Virus record (IMG/VR): IMGVR_UViG_3300006217_000030
Span: 1 to 64,000 of that record
Length of the DNA stretch: 64,000 bases
Origin: a virus
Reading direction: 5' to 3' (one strand)
In this document: positions 28,291 through 39,277 of the stretch, one piece after another
Numbering within the stretch: position 1 is the first letter of the stretch
Layout of the letters: each line of letters starts with the position of its first letter
Translations under genes and position numbers: made by a program
Notes under the pieces: model-generated
Told to the model about the DNA's origin: nothing
The model's input: the letters and a program-made list of their open reading frames with translations, nothing else
Databases searched by the model: none

Positions 28291-31200
28291 CTAAAACTTT
28301 TTCAGAACATTTTGGAACGGATTTTTAATATCACCCAATACGCATTCCGACATCCTCTGTTTATTTCTTGGCTGGTTTAGCTGTTGGAACATAGATTCCA
28401 TATCTACTATTCCGCTTCCATCTAAATGTACATTAATATCTCCCGTATTAACAGAAGTATTATTCGTGTTATTGACAGGGACACTTTCATACTTTGGCAT
28501 CATGTCAGTATACTCAAACGGCATACCAAGATGTGCCATTAATATCCGTTCCTGCTCTGGCGTAATCTTTGAACCAACAGGTATATACCTGTCTGCAATC
28601 TTCTTTACTGCTTTTGTCTCTTCTTTTGTGAGGACAGCTTCACCTTTCTGTATGGTAATTATTCCGTCATCACCGTTATCCTTTGCAGCTTTATTTAATG
28701 TACTTGCAATACCACCGTCTGCAAATCCAGCGTTCTTAAAGGCATTACGAATTTTAACGGATTCATCATAGGTAATGTTCTTTTTATCCTTAAGGCTGAT
28801 ACCAAGCATTTCGGCAAGTTCCGCTTCCTTTGCTTTGGTCAGATAACCTTTCTTATTGTATTTCTTATCAAGGTACTGCAATAGTTTGTCCGTTGCAATC
28901 CGCATGGATTCTTCCGTATTCTTTGGTTTGCGGAGGTTCTTTTTCAGAAAGGAATCAATTTCCGCATCCTTTCCAACCCTGTTATTATCAGATATGGTTT
29001 CCTTGCCTGCTGTTGCAGTATTGTTTGTGGTATCTGCAACATTATGTTCTGATGACGTTCCGTTTTGTACAGCCTGTACCAGATTATCCTTACTTTTTTC
29101 AACACTTTCACCGAATGCTTCTTTTTCATCCTGCAAAACCTTGTTTAAGTCGCTGGTTGTATCCGTGACACGTTTTACTTCGTAGGTTAAATCGTCTGCT
29201 GCGGAAGTTGTATCATCAATGCTTGTGTCAAACTTATTGTTTACATTCGTGCCTGTCTTGTCATATGTGGATTCATAGGAATTACCGCCATAATCAATAC
29301 TGCTGTTGGTATGTGTCCCGTCCGGGTTATATGTGGTAATAATGGACAGGGCATCTCCGAGTCCGAGTTCATCCAGTGCCCTTGCAACAGCTTCCGGGTT
29401 ATCCGTAACCATCTGTAACAGACTGTCCATGGAACCGTTTATGTCTTTTCTCAGGTCATTCATGATTCTTTCCCAGAAATCCTCTACTTCGTCAGCAAGG
29501 GTATCAAGCATGTCGGTCTGGTCATCATACCACTTATCATACTCCGTGTCCCTTAGTTCTTCCTGTGCTTCCTCAAGGCTGACCTGTAACTTTTGTAGTT
29601 TTGCCCTTGCTTCCTCACTGTGGTCACCTGATAATGCTGCAATCTGTTTCTGTATTAAAGCAATATTCTTTGTCTGCTTTGCAACCTTTTTTTGGTATTC
29701 GTATAAATCTTTCTCTGTTGCCAGTGCATTCTTTTTCTTTTCAATCAGCTCATTAATGGAATCAACCTGTACTTGTAATGCATTCTCTACAAGGTCAAGG
29801 ATGGCATCTTTCTCATCTGCAATGGCTTTTGTGCTGTCCCTTATGATATCAAGCTGCTCCTCACGCTTTGCCATAAATTCCTCTTCGTTGTATCCGTCTG
29901 TACCATCTGCATGTTTTTCATACAGTTTATCCAATTCCTTCTGTGCATTCTCAATAACCTTCTTATGATTATCCATGTTTGAGAATCGGAGCGATATGGT
30001 GGCAAACCCTTCATCCGTCAGACCTCCTGATTCCTTGCTGGTCAGTTCCTCATGTGAGAGCATGTCAACCAAAAAGTCAAGATGGCTCTTTGTGGCATCA
30101 AGCTGCGCTGCCATAAGTGAGAATTTCTTAAAGTCTAATTCATTGATGGCTTTTTGGAATTCAATGGTCTGCTGTGTGCAGGAGTAAAGGGACTGGTCAA
30201 TGGATTCCATGTCATTTTTCCATGCATACCATTCCTTAGAACCGTATTCAAACTTCTTCCCGGCTTCCTCCAGTTCCGAACGTTCCTTTAACAGCTTCTC
30301 TTTTGTGCCTTCATTAATCTTCATCATCCCATCATACAATGACTTGGAAACAGACTGCCCAGCGGCTTCCAGTGTGGCAATTTCAGACTGTATGGTTGAA
30401 ATCCTTGCGTCATTCAGACCTGTCTTATTGTCATATTCCGCTTTGATATTGTCATACATCTTTTGATAGGATTCATTGACTTTTTCCTGTTTCTCAGCCT
30501 GTAAGCGTTTCTGCTCTGTGGCATCGCCTTCCAGTTCAGCAATCTTAATCAGTTTATCGTACTGCTTATTCAGGTATTTCAGGCTTTCGGCTTCATATTT
30601 GTTCTTATCTTTTGCGGAAACAGCATTGGTTTCATACTGCTGGTTCAGGTTGTATTTTGCCTCTGCTTCATCAGCATAGTTTTGCGCCCGTTCTATGCGT
30701 TTCTCACGCATGTTTGTTTCATTCTGCTCTTTGGCAAGTTTCTTATCACGTAAAACATCTGCTACAAAATCAACACTGTTATTGTAGTTAAGAAGCTTTT
30801 GATAGGTTGCCGTATTGTGCTTTCTGACTTTCTTCATAAGGGCAGAAGGGATTTCCTTACCCTGCTTAATCAGTTTTTTGATTTTATTCTTCTCTGATTT
30901 GCTAAGCCCTTTTGTATTATTTACGGCAGACTTTGCAGTTTTCCCGCTCTTATTCCTTTGTGTTTTAGATTCCTGATAGTACTTTTTATATGCCTCGTTG
31001 TCTGACTTGTAGGTATTGATTTCCTTATTCAGAATCTTATGTTTCTCTTTTGCGGTTGTGGCATTGGCGTATCTTGCTTCCTGATAGGTGCGCTTTCTCT
31101 CGTTGTCCTCAAGCTTCAAGTCTAACTTCTGTTTTGAGAGGTCTTTGATTTCTGCTTTGAGTTCCTGTACCGCTTTTTTAGCATCTTTTACTTTATCAAT

Positions 31201-34200
31201 GTAATCCTGATATTTGTTAATCTGCTTTGCAGTCTTTTCACCGTATTCCCTGATTAATTCTGACAGGCTTCCTTTGATGTCACCGTTTCTGACTTTTTTC
31301 TTTAAAGGTTCTGAAAGTTTGATGCTGTCTGCTTTCTTATTGTATTTTGTAACGGCTTTCTGCTGTGCATTAAGAAGTTTTGTAGTCTTCTCTATCTGAT
31401 TCGTCAGGTTATTCTTTTGTCGTTTTACGGAAAACAGGTTGTCAAACTTTGCCTTGGTTAAGTCTATCTTGTCCTGTAATACATCCAGTTTACGTTCAAT
31501 CCAGTCAATAAGCTGTTTGGAATCTTTCTTTTTGTCTTTATCGGATGACTTTTTCGACTTAGATGATTTTTTCTGTGATTTCCTTTCAGAGGAAGAGTAA
31601 GTCCATCCTGGAATACCAGAACCAATAGATGCCCCATTTGTTGAACCAGCGTTATAAGCCATTTTCCCGCGGTTATTGGAAGACGTAATTTTGCCATTCT
31701 TTAAGAGCTGTCTTGTCTGCATATGGTTAAAGACAATATCGCCTTTTTTCAGTTCGGTAAACTGTGCGCCGCCTTTTACGGTGAACCATCTTCCGTCACG
31801 GACGATCAGTTCCTCACCAAGTTCATTGACTAATGCTGTCTGGTCTTTTGGGATGCTGATATTGCCGGAAGCATTTGCAAATCCCTGCTTTGCAAGGTTT
31901 CCTTTTAATAAATTAAAAGTCCCATTTGCATGTGATTTTTTATTATCACTTTTCTCTTCCTTTTCTTTATTTTTACTGTCCTTTTTTGATGGTTTAGAAG
32001 ACACTTTGTCAAGTTCGCTGGAATCAACCTCGACTTTTGCCTTAATGGTTTTCTGAAGTGTCTTATCCATAAACTCATTTACTGCTTTGTCATCAAGCTC
32101 CGTAGTGACTTTTAAAGTTGTCTCTTTCTTTTCTTTTTTATAGGCATCCACTTCTTTGTGGTTTACAATGGCATTGACCATTACATCAATGTCGTCTTTG
32201 CCTAATTTTTTCAGTTCATCCTTTGCGGAAGATATATCGTCAAAATCAATATGGATATCTGAAAGCTCTTTCCCATAATTGGACTTGATTGCTTTGATAT
32301 CACTTTTTATTTTTTTCTCCGTTTCCGATGTATCTGCGCCGATCTTCATCTGGATATCATAAGTATTGATTTCTTGCTGGATTCTTTGCAGCATGGATAC
32401 GACACCGACAGCTTTGCCGCTTAACTGGCTTGCATCAACCTGTAGGATGGCAGGCTTCTCAATCTCCTGTTTTTCTGTCAGTAGTTTGGCAAGGATGGTC
32501 TGTGCTTCCTTCGCGCCTTTTACATTGACATCCACGTTCCCGTCTTTATCCCTGAACGTATTTAATACATTTTTGGCATCTTCAATCTGCGTGTTTACTC
32601 TGCTGATATCGCCTGTATCGAACTTAAATTTCATCTTTTTACCGATTTTACCAAGTTCTTTTAATTTGCTGTAAGCTTTCTCAGCAGCAACCCCCATCAT
32701 TTCAAGGGAACCAAAACTGTCCCCAAAATCAATGTAAAATCCGTAATCAACCAGTTTCCGTAAAATAGCCTGTAAAGCTTCCACGTCAATTCCCAGCCTC
32801 TTGGCAACGTCTTTGTCACTGGAACCGCCTGCACCGAAATCAATCTCCCATGAGCCGTCTTTATTCATATGCGCCCATTCCGAATTGATTTTCTGCACGT
32901 CCTTTAAGAAATTCTCTGCACCCTTGTGCCCATCAGTGAAGTACCTTTCTATCTTGCCAATGCTTTGCTGGTATGCCCTGACAACTTCTTCAGTTGTTGC
33001 ACCTGCTAAGTCTTTTGGCGAAATAAGGTCAACATATGTGCGGAAGTCATCTGTGCCGACCAATCCCTTTTTATATAGTTCCTTTACCGACTTAATGTTA
33101 TTGTAAATGGAATCATACATGTCTCCTTCATTTGCAGTGGACAATGCTTCCTGCCACTTGTTATAGGCAGAGGTAAGCCCTACATACTGGTCTGCAAGCT
33201 GTGCCGCCTGCTGGTACTGGTCGTATAGGCTGTCAACAACGGACTGCTCCTCACCGTTCCTTAAAGCATCCTGCCATGAATTATAGGCATCCTCAACATT
33301 CTGGTAAAACTCTTTTGCGGTATTGTCGTCGTATTCCTTTTTGAGTTTTTCCAGTTCCCTTGTGTTGAGGCGGAGTCCGTTTGCTGTCTTGTCAAGAAGT
33401 TTGTCTTCATCATATCCTTTCAGGTCACTGAACATGGAAGTAACAGCATCAACAGAATCAGAGGATAACCCTGTGCCTGATACGGATTCTGACAGGGCAG
33501 TAGTGAGTGAAGATACATTTTCGGATACAGACTCGTATGTTTCTTTGAGTGCTTCTAACTGCTGTGCGGTTTTGTCAACAGCATCCATGGTAAGATATTT
33601 CCGTTTTGCTTCTGCTGCATTGTCAGCTTCAGCGGCAATTTCTTTCCATGTGTCAATTTCTTCTTTTGTGTTAATGGAATTTTCCTCAAAGAATTTTTCG
33701 AGGTCTTCTTTCTGGCTGTCATCCAGTTTCCATTTTTCTGCTGCGGATTTGATTGCACCATTGTAATCATTTACAAGTTCATCGAGATTGTCAAAGCCAA
33801 GGCTGGAAAGTAGTTTATTCTGTTGGTCATCTGTTTTTAATCCAATAGCGTTGCCGATTGTGCTGATAAGGGAACGGACTTTTGTAACGTACTCATTGAC
33901 AGGAAGTTTGTCTATTCCTTTTCCGAATAGCTGGCTCCATGCTTTGGAGAAATCTCCATCTTTAGAAACATTGTCAATTAACTTTTGGGCAAATATGGCA
34001 ATGTCATCTTGTGATTTTAAGTTTAGGTCATCCCATAATTCACTATTAAAAGATGATACCAAAGTAGTTATGGAATCTCTCTGCTTATCATTTAATTTTG
34101 AGTCATCCCAAAAATCTTCTTTCATATGTAGGGCATTGATTAAATCTGAACGTCCTTTTGCTACATCGGATTCTATATCAGCAGAAAATTGTTCTATTTT

Positions 34201-35505
34201 TGCCGCTATTTTATATTGCAGTTCTTGGAATTTTTCATCATTATATTCCAATATATCATCCACATCGGAGATATCAAGCATATCTGCTAATGTTTTTCTT
34301 AGAACATTTCTTTCGCCTTCTTCAAAATCAGCGAAAGTCCATACTTTTTTTAAATAGTTATAAATTTCTTTTCTGCTTTTGTTCTGTAAATCTTTTAATC
34401 CGTTTAATGCGTCTTCCGTTGGAACAGTATCTTCACTTGCTTTTCCAAATAAAGTAGCGAATCCTGCTTTTACTGTCTTCCAAACCGATTCGAATTTACC
34501 ATATTTTTTGTTATTTTCAATATTATCAAGTGTGTCTTGTACAGTTGCCCCTTCTTCATTGCCATTATAGAATAAATCTTTAGCTTTCGTTTTAATGGTT
34601 CGTTCGTACTCATCATTTAAGTCTGACAATTTCCCTTTGACAAACCCGATTTTTTCTCCCTGTGCATTGAAGTAAGTTGTTAAACTTGGCATTATATCAG
34701 ATACTTGGCTGATAATATCCTTATATTCATCATATTCGCTTGTAGAAAGTGAAACATTTTCGCCAAGATTATTTACACCTTTTGACAATTCCTGATATTT
34801 GGAATTCAAATCAGATAATTTTGATGAATCACTTGCAATATTTTCGTTTAATGAATTAACGGATGATGCAAAGCTATCAGCATTTTCTTTGGCTCTTTCT
34901 GATTCAGTTGCCAGGTCGTGAAGTCCTGTTGCAACTGTAGTTATTACTTCACTGATAGCCCACATAACACCAACATTGAGAGCCACAGAGAGTGCTTTAG
35001 CTGCGACTGTGGCCGCTTTTGCTCCGAGTGTCTGCTGCTTGAGGGCATTGTTGTGGGCGATGGCTGATTCACGGGCTGCTTTGTTGGCTTTGATTAGCCC
35101 TTTTTCTGTGATTATCTGTCCTTCCATCTCTTTGCCTAATTTTGCAAGATGTTTTTCACCTTCTGGAAGTGTATCAAATAAGTCCTGCCATGTTTTCTTG
35201 CCTTCTGCGACGCTTTTTGACATATCTTTAATTTTTGATAATGAATCTGCTATGTTAGATTCATCTATCTTAGGCATTACATCAATAAATTGTTCTTTGA
35301 GGTCTTTCTTATTAGAAAATAGATTACTCCATAAACTTCCAACCTGTTTTTTTGCATCAGATTTACGGATATTTTGATTTGTTAAATCTTTTATTGCAGA
35401 TTTGTAATTTTTTATATTATTTGCGAAATCATTAAATGACTTTCCAAACATACCCCACTTTGAACTTATTTTATCAATATCGCTGTCAAATGTTTTGAAT
35501 ATCAT
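28291..35505 (-). CDS. Tail tape measure protein, C-terminal/major portion (2404 aa): hydrophobic Gly/Ala segment followed by a very long coiled coil
   Basis: TMP-typical hydrophobic region (GAKAATVAAKALSVALNVGVMWAISEVITTVATGL) ~180 aa in, then ~2000 aa of K/E/Q-rich coiled coil. Located upstream of Dit and Tal. No SD-like RBS, and only 104 bp separate it from the divergent upstream gene. Confidence 0.7.
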   Translation of the reverse strand: MIFKTFDSDIDKISSKWGMFGKSFNDFANNIKNYKSAIKDLTNQNIRKSDAKKQVGSLWSNLFSNKKDLKEQFIDVMPKIDESNIADSLSKIKDMSKSVAEGKKTWQDLFDTLPEGEKHLAKLGKEMEGQIITEKGLIKANKAARESAIAHNNALKQQTLGAKAATVAAKALSVALNVGVMWAISEVITTVATGLHDLATESERAKENADSFASSVNSLNENIASDSSKLSDLNSKYQELSKGVNNLGENVSLSTSEYDEYKDIISQVSDIMPSLTTYFNAQGEKIGFVKGKLSDLNDEYERTIKTKAKDLFYNGNEEGATVQDTLDNIENNKKYGKFESVWKTVKAGFATLFGKASEDTVPTEDALNGLKDLQNKSRKEIYNYLKKVWTFADFEEGERNVLRKTLADMLDISDVDDILEYNDEKFQELQYKIAAKIEQFSADIESDVAKGRSDLINALHMKEDFWDDSKLNDKQRDSITTLVSSFNSELWDDLNLKSQDDIAIFAQKLIDNVSKDGDFSKAWSQLFGKGIDKLPVNEYVTKVRSLISTIGNAIGLKTDDQQNKLLSSLGFDNLDELVNDYNGAIKSAAEKWKLDDSQKEDLEKFFEENSINTKEEIDTWKEIAAEADNAAEAKRKYLTMDAVDKTAQQLEALKETYESVSENVSSLTTALSESVSGTGLSSDSVDAVTSMFSDLKGYDEDKLLDKTANGLRLNTRELEKLKKEYDDNTAKEFYQNVEDAYNSWQDALRNGEEQSVVDSLYDQYQQAAQLADQYVGLTSAYNKWQEALSTANEGDMYDSIYNNIKSVKELYKKGLVGTDDFRTYVDLISPKDLAGATTEEVVRAYQQSIGKIERYFTDGHKGAENFLKDVQKINSEWAHMNKDGSWEIDFGAGGSSDKDVAKRLGIDVEALQAILRKLVDYGFYIDFGDSFGSLEMMGVAAEKAYSKLKELGKIGKKMKFKFDTGDISRVNTQIEDAKNVLNTFRDKDGNVDVNVKGAKEAQTILAKLLTEKQEIEKPAILQVDASQLSGKAVGVVSMLQRIQQEINTYDIQMKIGADTSETEKKIKSDIKAIKSNYGKELSDIHIDFDDISSAKDELKKLGKDDIDVMVNAIVNHKEVDAYKKEKKETTLKVTTELDDKAVNEFMDKTLQKTIKAKVEVDSSELDKVSSKPSKKDSKNKEKEEKSDNKKSHANGTFNLLKGNLAKQGFANASGNISIPKDQTALVNELGEELIVRDGRWFTVKGGAQFTELKKGDIVFNHMQTRQLLKNGKITSSNNRGKMAYNAGSTNGASIGSGIPGWTYSSSERKSQKKSSKSKKSSDKDKKKDSKQLIDWIERKLDVLQDKIDLTKAKFDNLFSVKRQKNNLTNQIEKTTKLLNAQQKAVTKYNKKADSIKLSEPLKKKVRNGDIKGSLSELIREYGEKTAKQINKYQDYIDKVKDAKKAVQELKAEIKDLSKQKLDLKLEDNERKRTYQEARYANATTAKEKHKILNKEINTYKSDNEAYKKYYQESKTQRNKSGKTAKSAVNNTKGLSKSEKNKIKKLIKQGKEIPSALMKKVRKHNTATYQKLLNYNNSVDFVADVLRDKKLAKEQNETNMREKRIERAQNYADEAEAKYNLNQQYETNAVSAKDKNKYEAESLKYLNKQYDKLIKIAELEGDATEQKRLQAEKQEKVNESYQKMYDNIKAEYDNKTGLNDARISTIQSEIATLEAAGQSVSKSLYDGMMKINEGTKEKLLKERSELEEAGKKFEYGSKEWYAWKNDMESIDQSLYSCTQQTIEFQKAINELDFKKFSLMAAQLDATKSHLDFLVDMLSHEELTSKESGGLTDEGFATISLRFSNMDNHKKVIENAQKELDKLYEKHADGTDGYNEEEFMAKREEQLDIIRDSTKAIADEKDAILDLVENALQVQVDSINELIEKKKNALATEKDLYEYQKKVAKQTKNIALIQKQIAALSGDHSEEARAKLQKLQVSLEEAQEELRDTEYDKWYDDQTDMLDTLADEVEDFWERIMNDLRKDINGSMDSLLQMVTDNPEAVARALDELGLGDALSIITTYNPDGTHTNSSIDYGGNSYESTYDKTGTNVNNKFDTSIDDTTSAADDLTYEVKRVTDTTSDLNKVLQDEKEAFGESVEKSKDNLVQAVQNGTSSEHNVADTTNNTATAGKETISDNNRVGKDAEIDSFLKKNLRKPKNTEESMRIATDKLLQYLDKKYNKKGYLTKAKEAELAEMLGISLKDKKNITYDESVKIRNAFKNAGFADGGIASTLNKAAKDNGDDGIITIQKGEAVLTKEETKAVKKIADRYIPVGSKITPEQERILMAHLGMPFEYTDMMPKYESVPVNNTNNTSVNTGDINVHLDGSGIVDMESMFQQLNQPRNKQRMSECVLGDIKNPFQNVLKKF

Positions 35506-35609
35506 ACTATATATTTATATTATTGTGGAGTAATACATAAGAGTTGTGGACACTCTTTTGGTTGTATGATAAAATAAGTCTAATAATAGTAATAGTAGGA
35601 GGGCATATA

Positions 35610-36089
35610 ATGAGAATTAAAAATATATGTTTTAATTGTAGCCAAATATCACGTAATAATGATGAAATATGTCCAATATGTAATAATCGTTTTATTAAAG
35701 TTAACATAATTGATGCAATAAAACTTGACAATATGAGCGAGGAAAGTGTATTAAAGTGGATTGAAAGTAAAACAGGATATCCTATAAAAAATGAAGAACT
35801 AGCCAAACATCAAAAATATGTCAACGGTGTACTTCAACAATATCAATGTCAAAAAGAGCAGGAGAGGATTAATAAACAATTCGAAGATTACTCAGCAAAA
35901 TTAGAACATGGACGACAAATTCTTGAAGAGCAGAAGTGTGTTCCGAAGTGTCCTATCTGTAATTCAGCAAATATCAAAAAGATTTCTATTGGAACTAGGG
36001 CAGTAAAGACAGCAGCATTTGGTGTTTATGGTGCTGTCGACGATGCAGGGAAAACATATAAGTGTAGTAAATGTGGTTGTAAGTTTTAG
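35610..36089 (+). CDS. Double zinc-ribbon protein (~160 aa)
   Basis: Start trimmed to the ATG at 35610 with AGGAGG RBS. CFNCSQ...CPICNN and CPKCPICNS...CSKCGC Cys pairs. Opposite orientation to the late operon. Confidence 0.45.
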   Translation: MRIKNICFNCSQISRNNDEICPICNNRFIKVNIIDAIKLDNMSEESVLKWIESKTGYPIKNEELAKHQKYVNGVLQQYQCQKEQERINKQFEDYSAKLEHGRQILEEQKCVPKCPICNSANIKKISIGTRAVKTAAFGVYGAVDDAGKTYKCSKCGCKF

Positions 36090-36155
36090 ATACATATATA
36101 TATTATCAAGTAATTCACATTTAAGAAAATAGCTAATAAGAAAGGATACCTGATT

Positions 36156-37646
36156 TTAGGCATCCTGTTCAATAAAATTTATAGATGTGTCCATTTTATC
36201 ACTTATGCTTTTATACATCTTTAAAGTACCATCAGACATATAAATTAAATTACAATTTTTGCATTTACGTATATGAAGTGTATGTTTAAAGCTACTATCT
36301 TCTTTATAATATGTAACAAGTAATTTATCCATTTGTGTTTTAGTTTTGCATTTTTCACAAAGCTTTATTTTGTTTTTAGGAAGAACATGGACATTTACTT
36401 TTTGTTTGATTTCTTGAGTTACATCAGAAATAGGATTTTTAGATATCCATTTTTCTAATCTATTTCGATGCATTTTCTCGTTCCATTGCATATAAATTAT
36501 GTACACTTTATCGTTTATATGCAATTTTGGATTCTGAGCATAATAGGCGTTCTTTTTATCCTTAGGAATAGTTTGCTCTTTTAATGGTTTTTCATTGTCG
36601 ATTTCCTTCAAAAGTGGGTAAGAAATATTTAAAGTATCTTTACACCAATCTCTATCTAAGAAATTTTTAATATCATATGATAAATTTTTATTTTTAAAAT
36701 ACTCCTGAAAATAATTATATGCAACTTTGGAAACAGAATATTCTGGCTTTGATTCACTATTATTATTTCCATCTTTTTTTGCATTTATCTTCATCTCTGA
36801 TTTGTAATCGTATGTATTATCTTTGTATATTCCCAATGGTTCTTGACCATGTCTAGGATGTCTATCACTTTTTAAATATATTTTAACAGAAGAAGGAGAT
36901 ATTTTATAAATATCAAGCATTTTAAGTATAATTTTTATTTTTTGTGTTGTGCTTGTTGTTCCTTCCAAAATAATACCTGTATTTAAAAATCTTAAAGGAT
37001 TGGTGATATTTTGAGCAATTTTATCATTTTCGTATACAATATATGACTTTTTATGCCCTTTTATCTTATGCCAAGTAGCGATTTCTTTAAACTTATTACT
37101 GTCTTTATTATATAAAATTTCACATAATTTTAACCAAATTTCCTTATATGTTTTTACATTATATGTTTCACCTCTAAATGAGAAACTATGTGGGGTAGTA
37201 TTTTCAAAATCAGAAGATAATGGATATGGTTTTGTATTATCAACTAGATATTTTTTATAATCTATTTTCCCTTCGCGTTCTTCAATCTCTTCATTTTCGT
37301 CTTCTGGAATATCTTCAATATCATTTTCTTCAATCAGTGTATCTTTAGATGTAACAACTTCTTCCATATTATTATCGAGAAAATTATTCAATTGATACTG
37401 AATATATTCTAATTGGTTATCTGCATTTTCAAAGTTATTGATGATTTCATCAGAATTTTTGTTTTTAAAATAGCTTTTGGCAATTGTAATATATTTTTCT
37501 GAAAGGGTAGCACGAGTATGCTCAATAATTTCAAGAAGATTATTTATATATTCATTCAAATCTTTAGCATGACTAGGTACTTCTTTTTGCAAAAAATCCA
37601 TAAGTTTATCCATATCTGCCATCATTCGTTCCTCACAATCATCCAT
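36156..37646 (-). CDS. hypothetical protein (496 aa) with an acidic N-terminal region and a C-terminal Cys4 zinc ribbon
   Basis: Acidic stretch EENDIEDIPEDENEEIEEREG. C-terminal CEKCKTK...CKNCNL. No recognisable enzymatic motif. Confidence 0.45.
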   Translation of the reverse strand: MDDCEERMMADMDKLMDFLQKEVPSHAKDLNEYINNLLEIIEHTRATLSEKYITIAKSYFKNKNSDEIINNFENADNQLEYIQYQLNNFLDNNMEEVVTSKDTLIEENDIEDIPEDENEEIEEREGKIDYKKYLVDNTKPYPLSSDFENTTPHSFSFRGETYNVKTYKEIWLKLCEILYNKDSNKFKEIATWHKIKGHKKSYIVYENDKIAQNITNPLRFLNTGIILEGTTSTTQKIKIILKMLDIYKISPSSVKIYLKSDRHPRHGQEPLGIYKDNTYDYKSEMKINAKKDGNNNSESKPEYSVSKVAYNYFQEYFKNKNLSYDIKNFLDRDWCKDTLNISYPLLKEIDNEKPLKEQTIPKDKKNAYYAQNPKLHINDKVYIIYMQWNEKMHRNRLEKWISKNPISDVTQEIKQKVNVHVLPKNKIKLCEKCKTKTQMDKLLVTYYKEDSSFKHTLHIRKCKNCNLIYMSDGTLKMYKSISDKMDTSINFIEQDA

Positions 37647-37996
37647 ATTTTGGAATAAATTACCAACTTTAATTTATCATATCATAAATTTTGTCAAAAT
37701 GCCATTCGAAACATTTGTTCTGATTTTGACTAATTCTTAAATTAGCTGACGATTGTAATGATAGTTGGTTTGGAATCTTTTGCATTACAGATGGTTATGG
37801 TGTGATCAAGGTGGTTTTCAAACAAAAAATCATGACAGGTGAATATATAAATTACATTCATTGAATTATAAGAAATATAGTGATATAATTACTGATAGAT
37901 GTAGATGTGTTGATGTGCAAGTTGATTAAACGTAGTAGTTGCTTAAAAAGACTTTTCTATTGGAAATTATCAATATTTATAGGTGGTGAATTTTTT

Positions 37997-38788
37997 ATGA
38001 ATGAAAATAGTAAAAAACCTTGGTATGAAAAAATTAGTATTTGCTTAACAATAATTGCTGGTATATGTACAATATTAGGTTTAAGTGTATTCGGTGGTAG
38101 AGCGTTGTTTCCTAATAAAGAAAATAAACCAGTAAGTACAGAAAATCTATCAAATAAGCAATCTAAAAATGAAAATAAAGATGAAGATAAAAATGAGTCT
38201 AAAAAGAATCAAAAAAATACAACAACTGTAAAAGTAAATGGTAAAGATGTTGAATTTGATAATGAAACAAAAATTCCTACAAATAGTAAATATCCAAATG
38301 TTTCTATGGAATTAAAAGATACATCTTTTAAACGTGAGACATCTAAAGAAATGATAGGAATGTATGATGATAATAGTGGATTTGTTTCAGATCCTATTGT
38401 ATCTGCAAAAAATAATAAAGGTAACATATTAAAAGAAATTAAAAAGGAACTATTAAGAAATCCAGTTGTTAGAGATATGGTTGCAAGAGGATTATTATAT
38501 GATACATATTGGTTTAAAGATAATGAACCTTGGCTGAATGAATTTGTTGAGAAAAGCAATTCATATTTTGAAAAAGATTTAAATTCAAACCTTAATAGTC
38601 CTCAAGGGTTGACAGGATATTTTAAAAATGAAAAAAAGAAATGTTACGTTACATTAGAGTATCGAATGTATGCTGAAAAATTATGTGACTTACTTGATAA
38701 ATTTCAAAATTATGGAGTAAAATTATTAAAATTTAATAGTAGCTGGGGGGTTGGGGATGGGTCACTATACACAGCTACAAGAAGTTAG
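37997..38788 (+). CDS. Membrane-anchored protein (~264 aa): N-terminal TM helix, Lys/Asn-rich linker, C-terminal globular domain
   Basis: Start trimmed to MNENSKK (RBS ggtggtgaattttttATG). TM segment ISICLTIIAGICTILGLSVFGG. Opposite strand to the flanking late genes. Confidence 0.4.
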   Translation: MNENSKKPWYEKISICLTIIAGICTILGLSVFGGRALFPNKENKPVSTENLSNKQSKNENKDEDKNESKKNQKNTTTVKVNGKDVEFDNETKIPTNSKYPNVSMELKDTSFKRETSKEMIGMYDDNSGFVSDPIVSAKNNKGNILKEIKKELLRNPVVRDMVARGLLYDTYWFKDNEPWLNEFVEKSNSYFEKDLNSNLNSPQGLTGYFKNEKKKCYVTLEYRMYAEKLCDLLDKFQNYGVKLLKFNSSWGVGDGSLYTATRS

Positions 38789-39028
38789 AGCATGTTTAGT
38801 AAAAATGAAGGATAAACGTAAAGCACTTATTTTATGCAAAAAGACATCATATGGTAAAATTATAAGTATTATTGGATTTGATTTGAGAGATAAGGGATTA
38901 ACACATTATAAACATGATATAGATTTGTAATATATTTTATGGATAATATTAAAATATGAAAAATTGTAATTATTATTGCTGTTATTATGTCATATGATTG
39001 AATAAAATGGATTTACTATAATATATAT

Positions 39029-39198
39029 CAACCACTCACATTGCCATCCTCATCAACCTCTAACAAACCTTCCTGGATCATTCGCATAAGCAGTTCAGTT
39101 TTCTTCTCATCTGAGAAATTCTTAATAACATTTATCAGATAATCCTTTTGTTCGTCAAAATCTAAAGCCTTAAACTCTTCACCACTAATCATATTCAT
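39029..39198 (-). CDS. hypothetical small acidic protein (~56 aa)
   Basis: Hand-translated. RBS AAGAGGT 7 nt upstream of the ATG. MNMISGEEFKALDFDEQKDYLINVIKNFSDEKKTELLMRMIQEGLLEVDEDGNVSG. Confidence 0.3.
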
Positions 39199-39277
39199 AA
39201 CATATACCTCTTAATACATTTTTTATCTAATATTAAAAAAGCAGAAAATAATATTTAATATTGATAATTTAAAAATA

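Noticed and set aside
28466-35377. Numerous + strand ORFs (101-220 aa) lying entirely inside the 2404-aa - strand TMP gene
   Set aside because: They are antisense shadows of a long, compositionally biased coiled-coil gene. Their translations are low-complexity (Ser/Phe/Leu-rich), lack RBSs and would overlap an obviously real gene.
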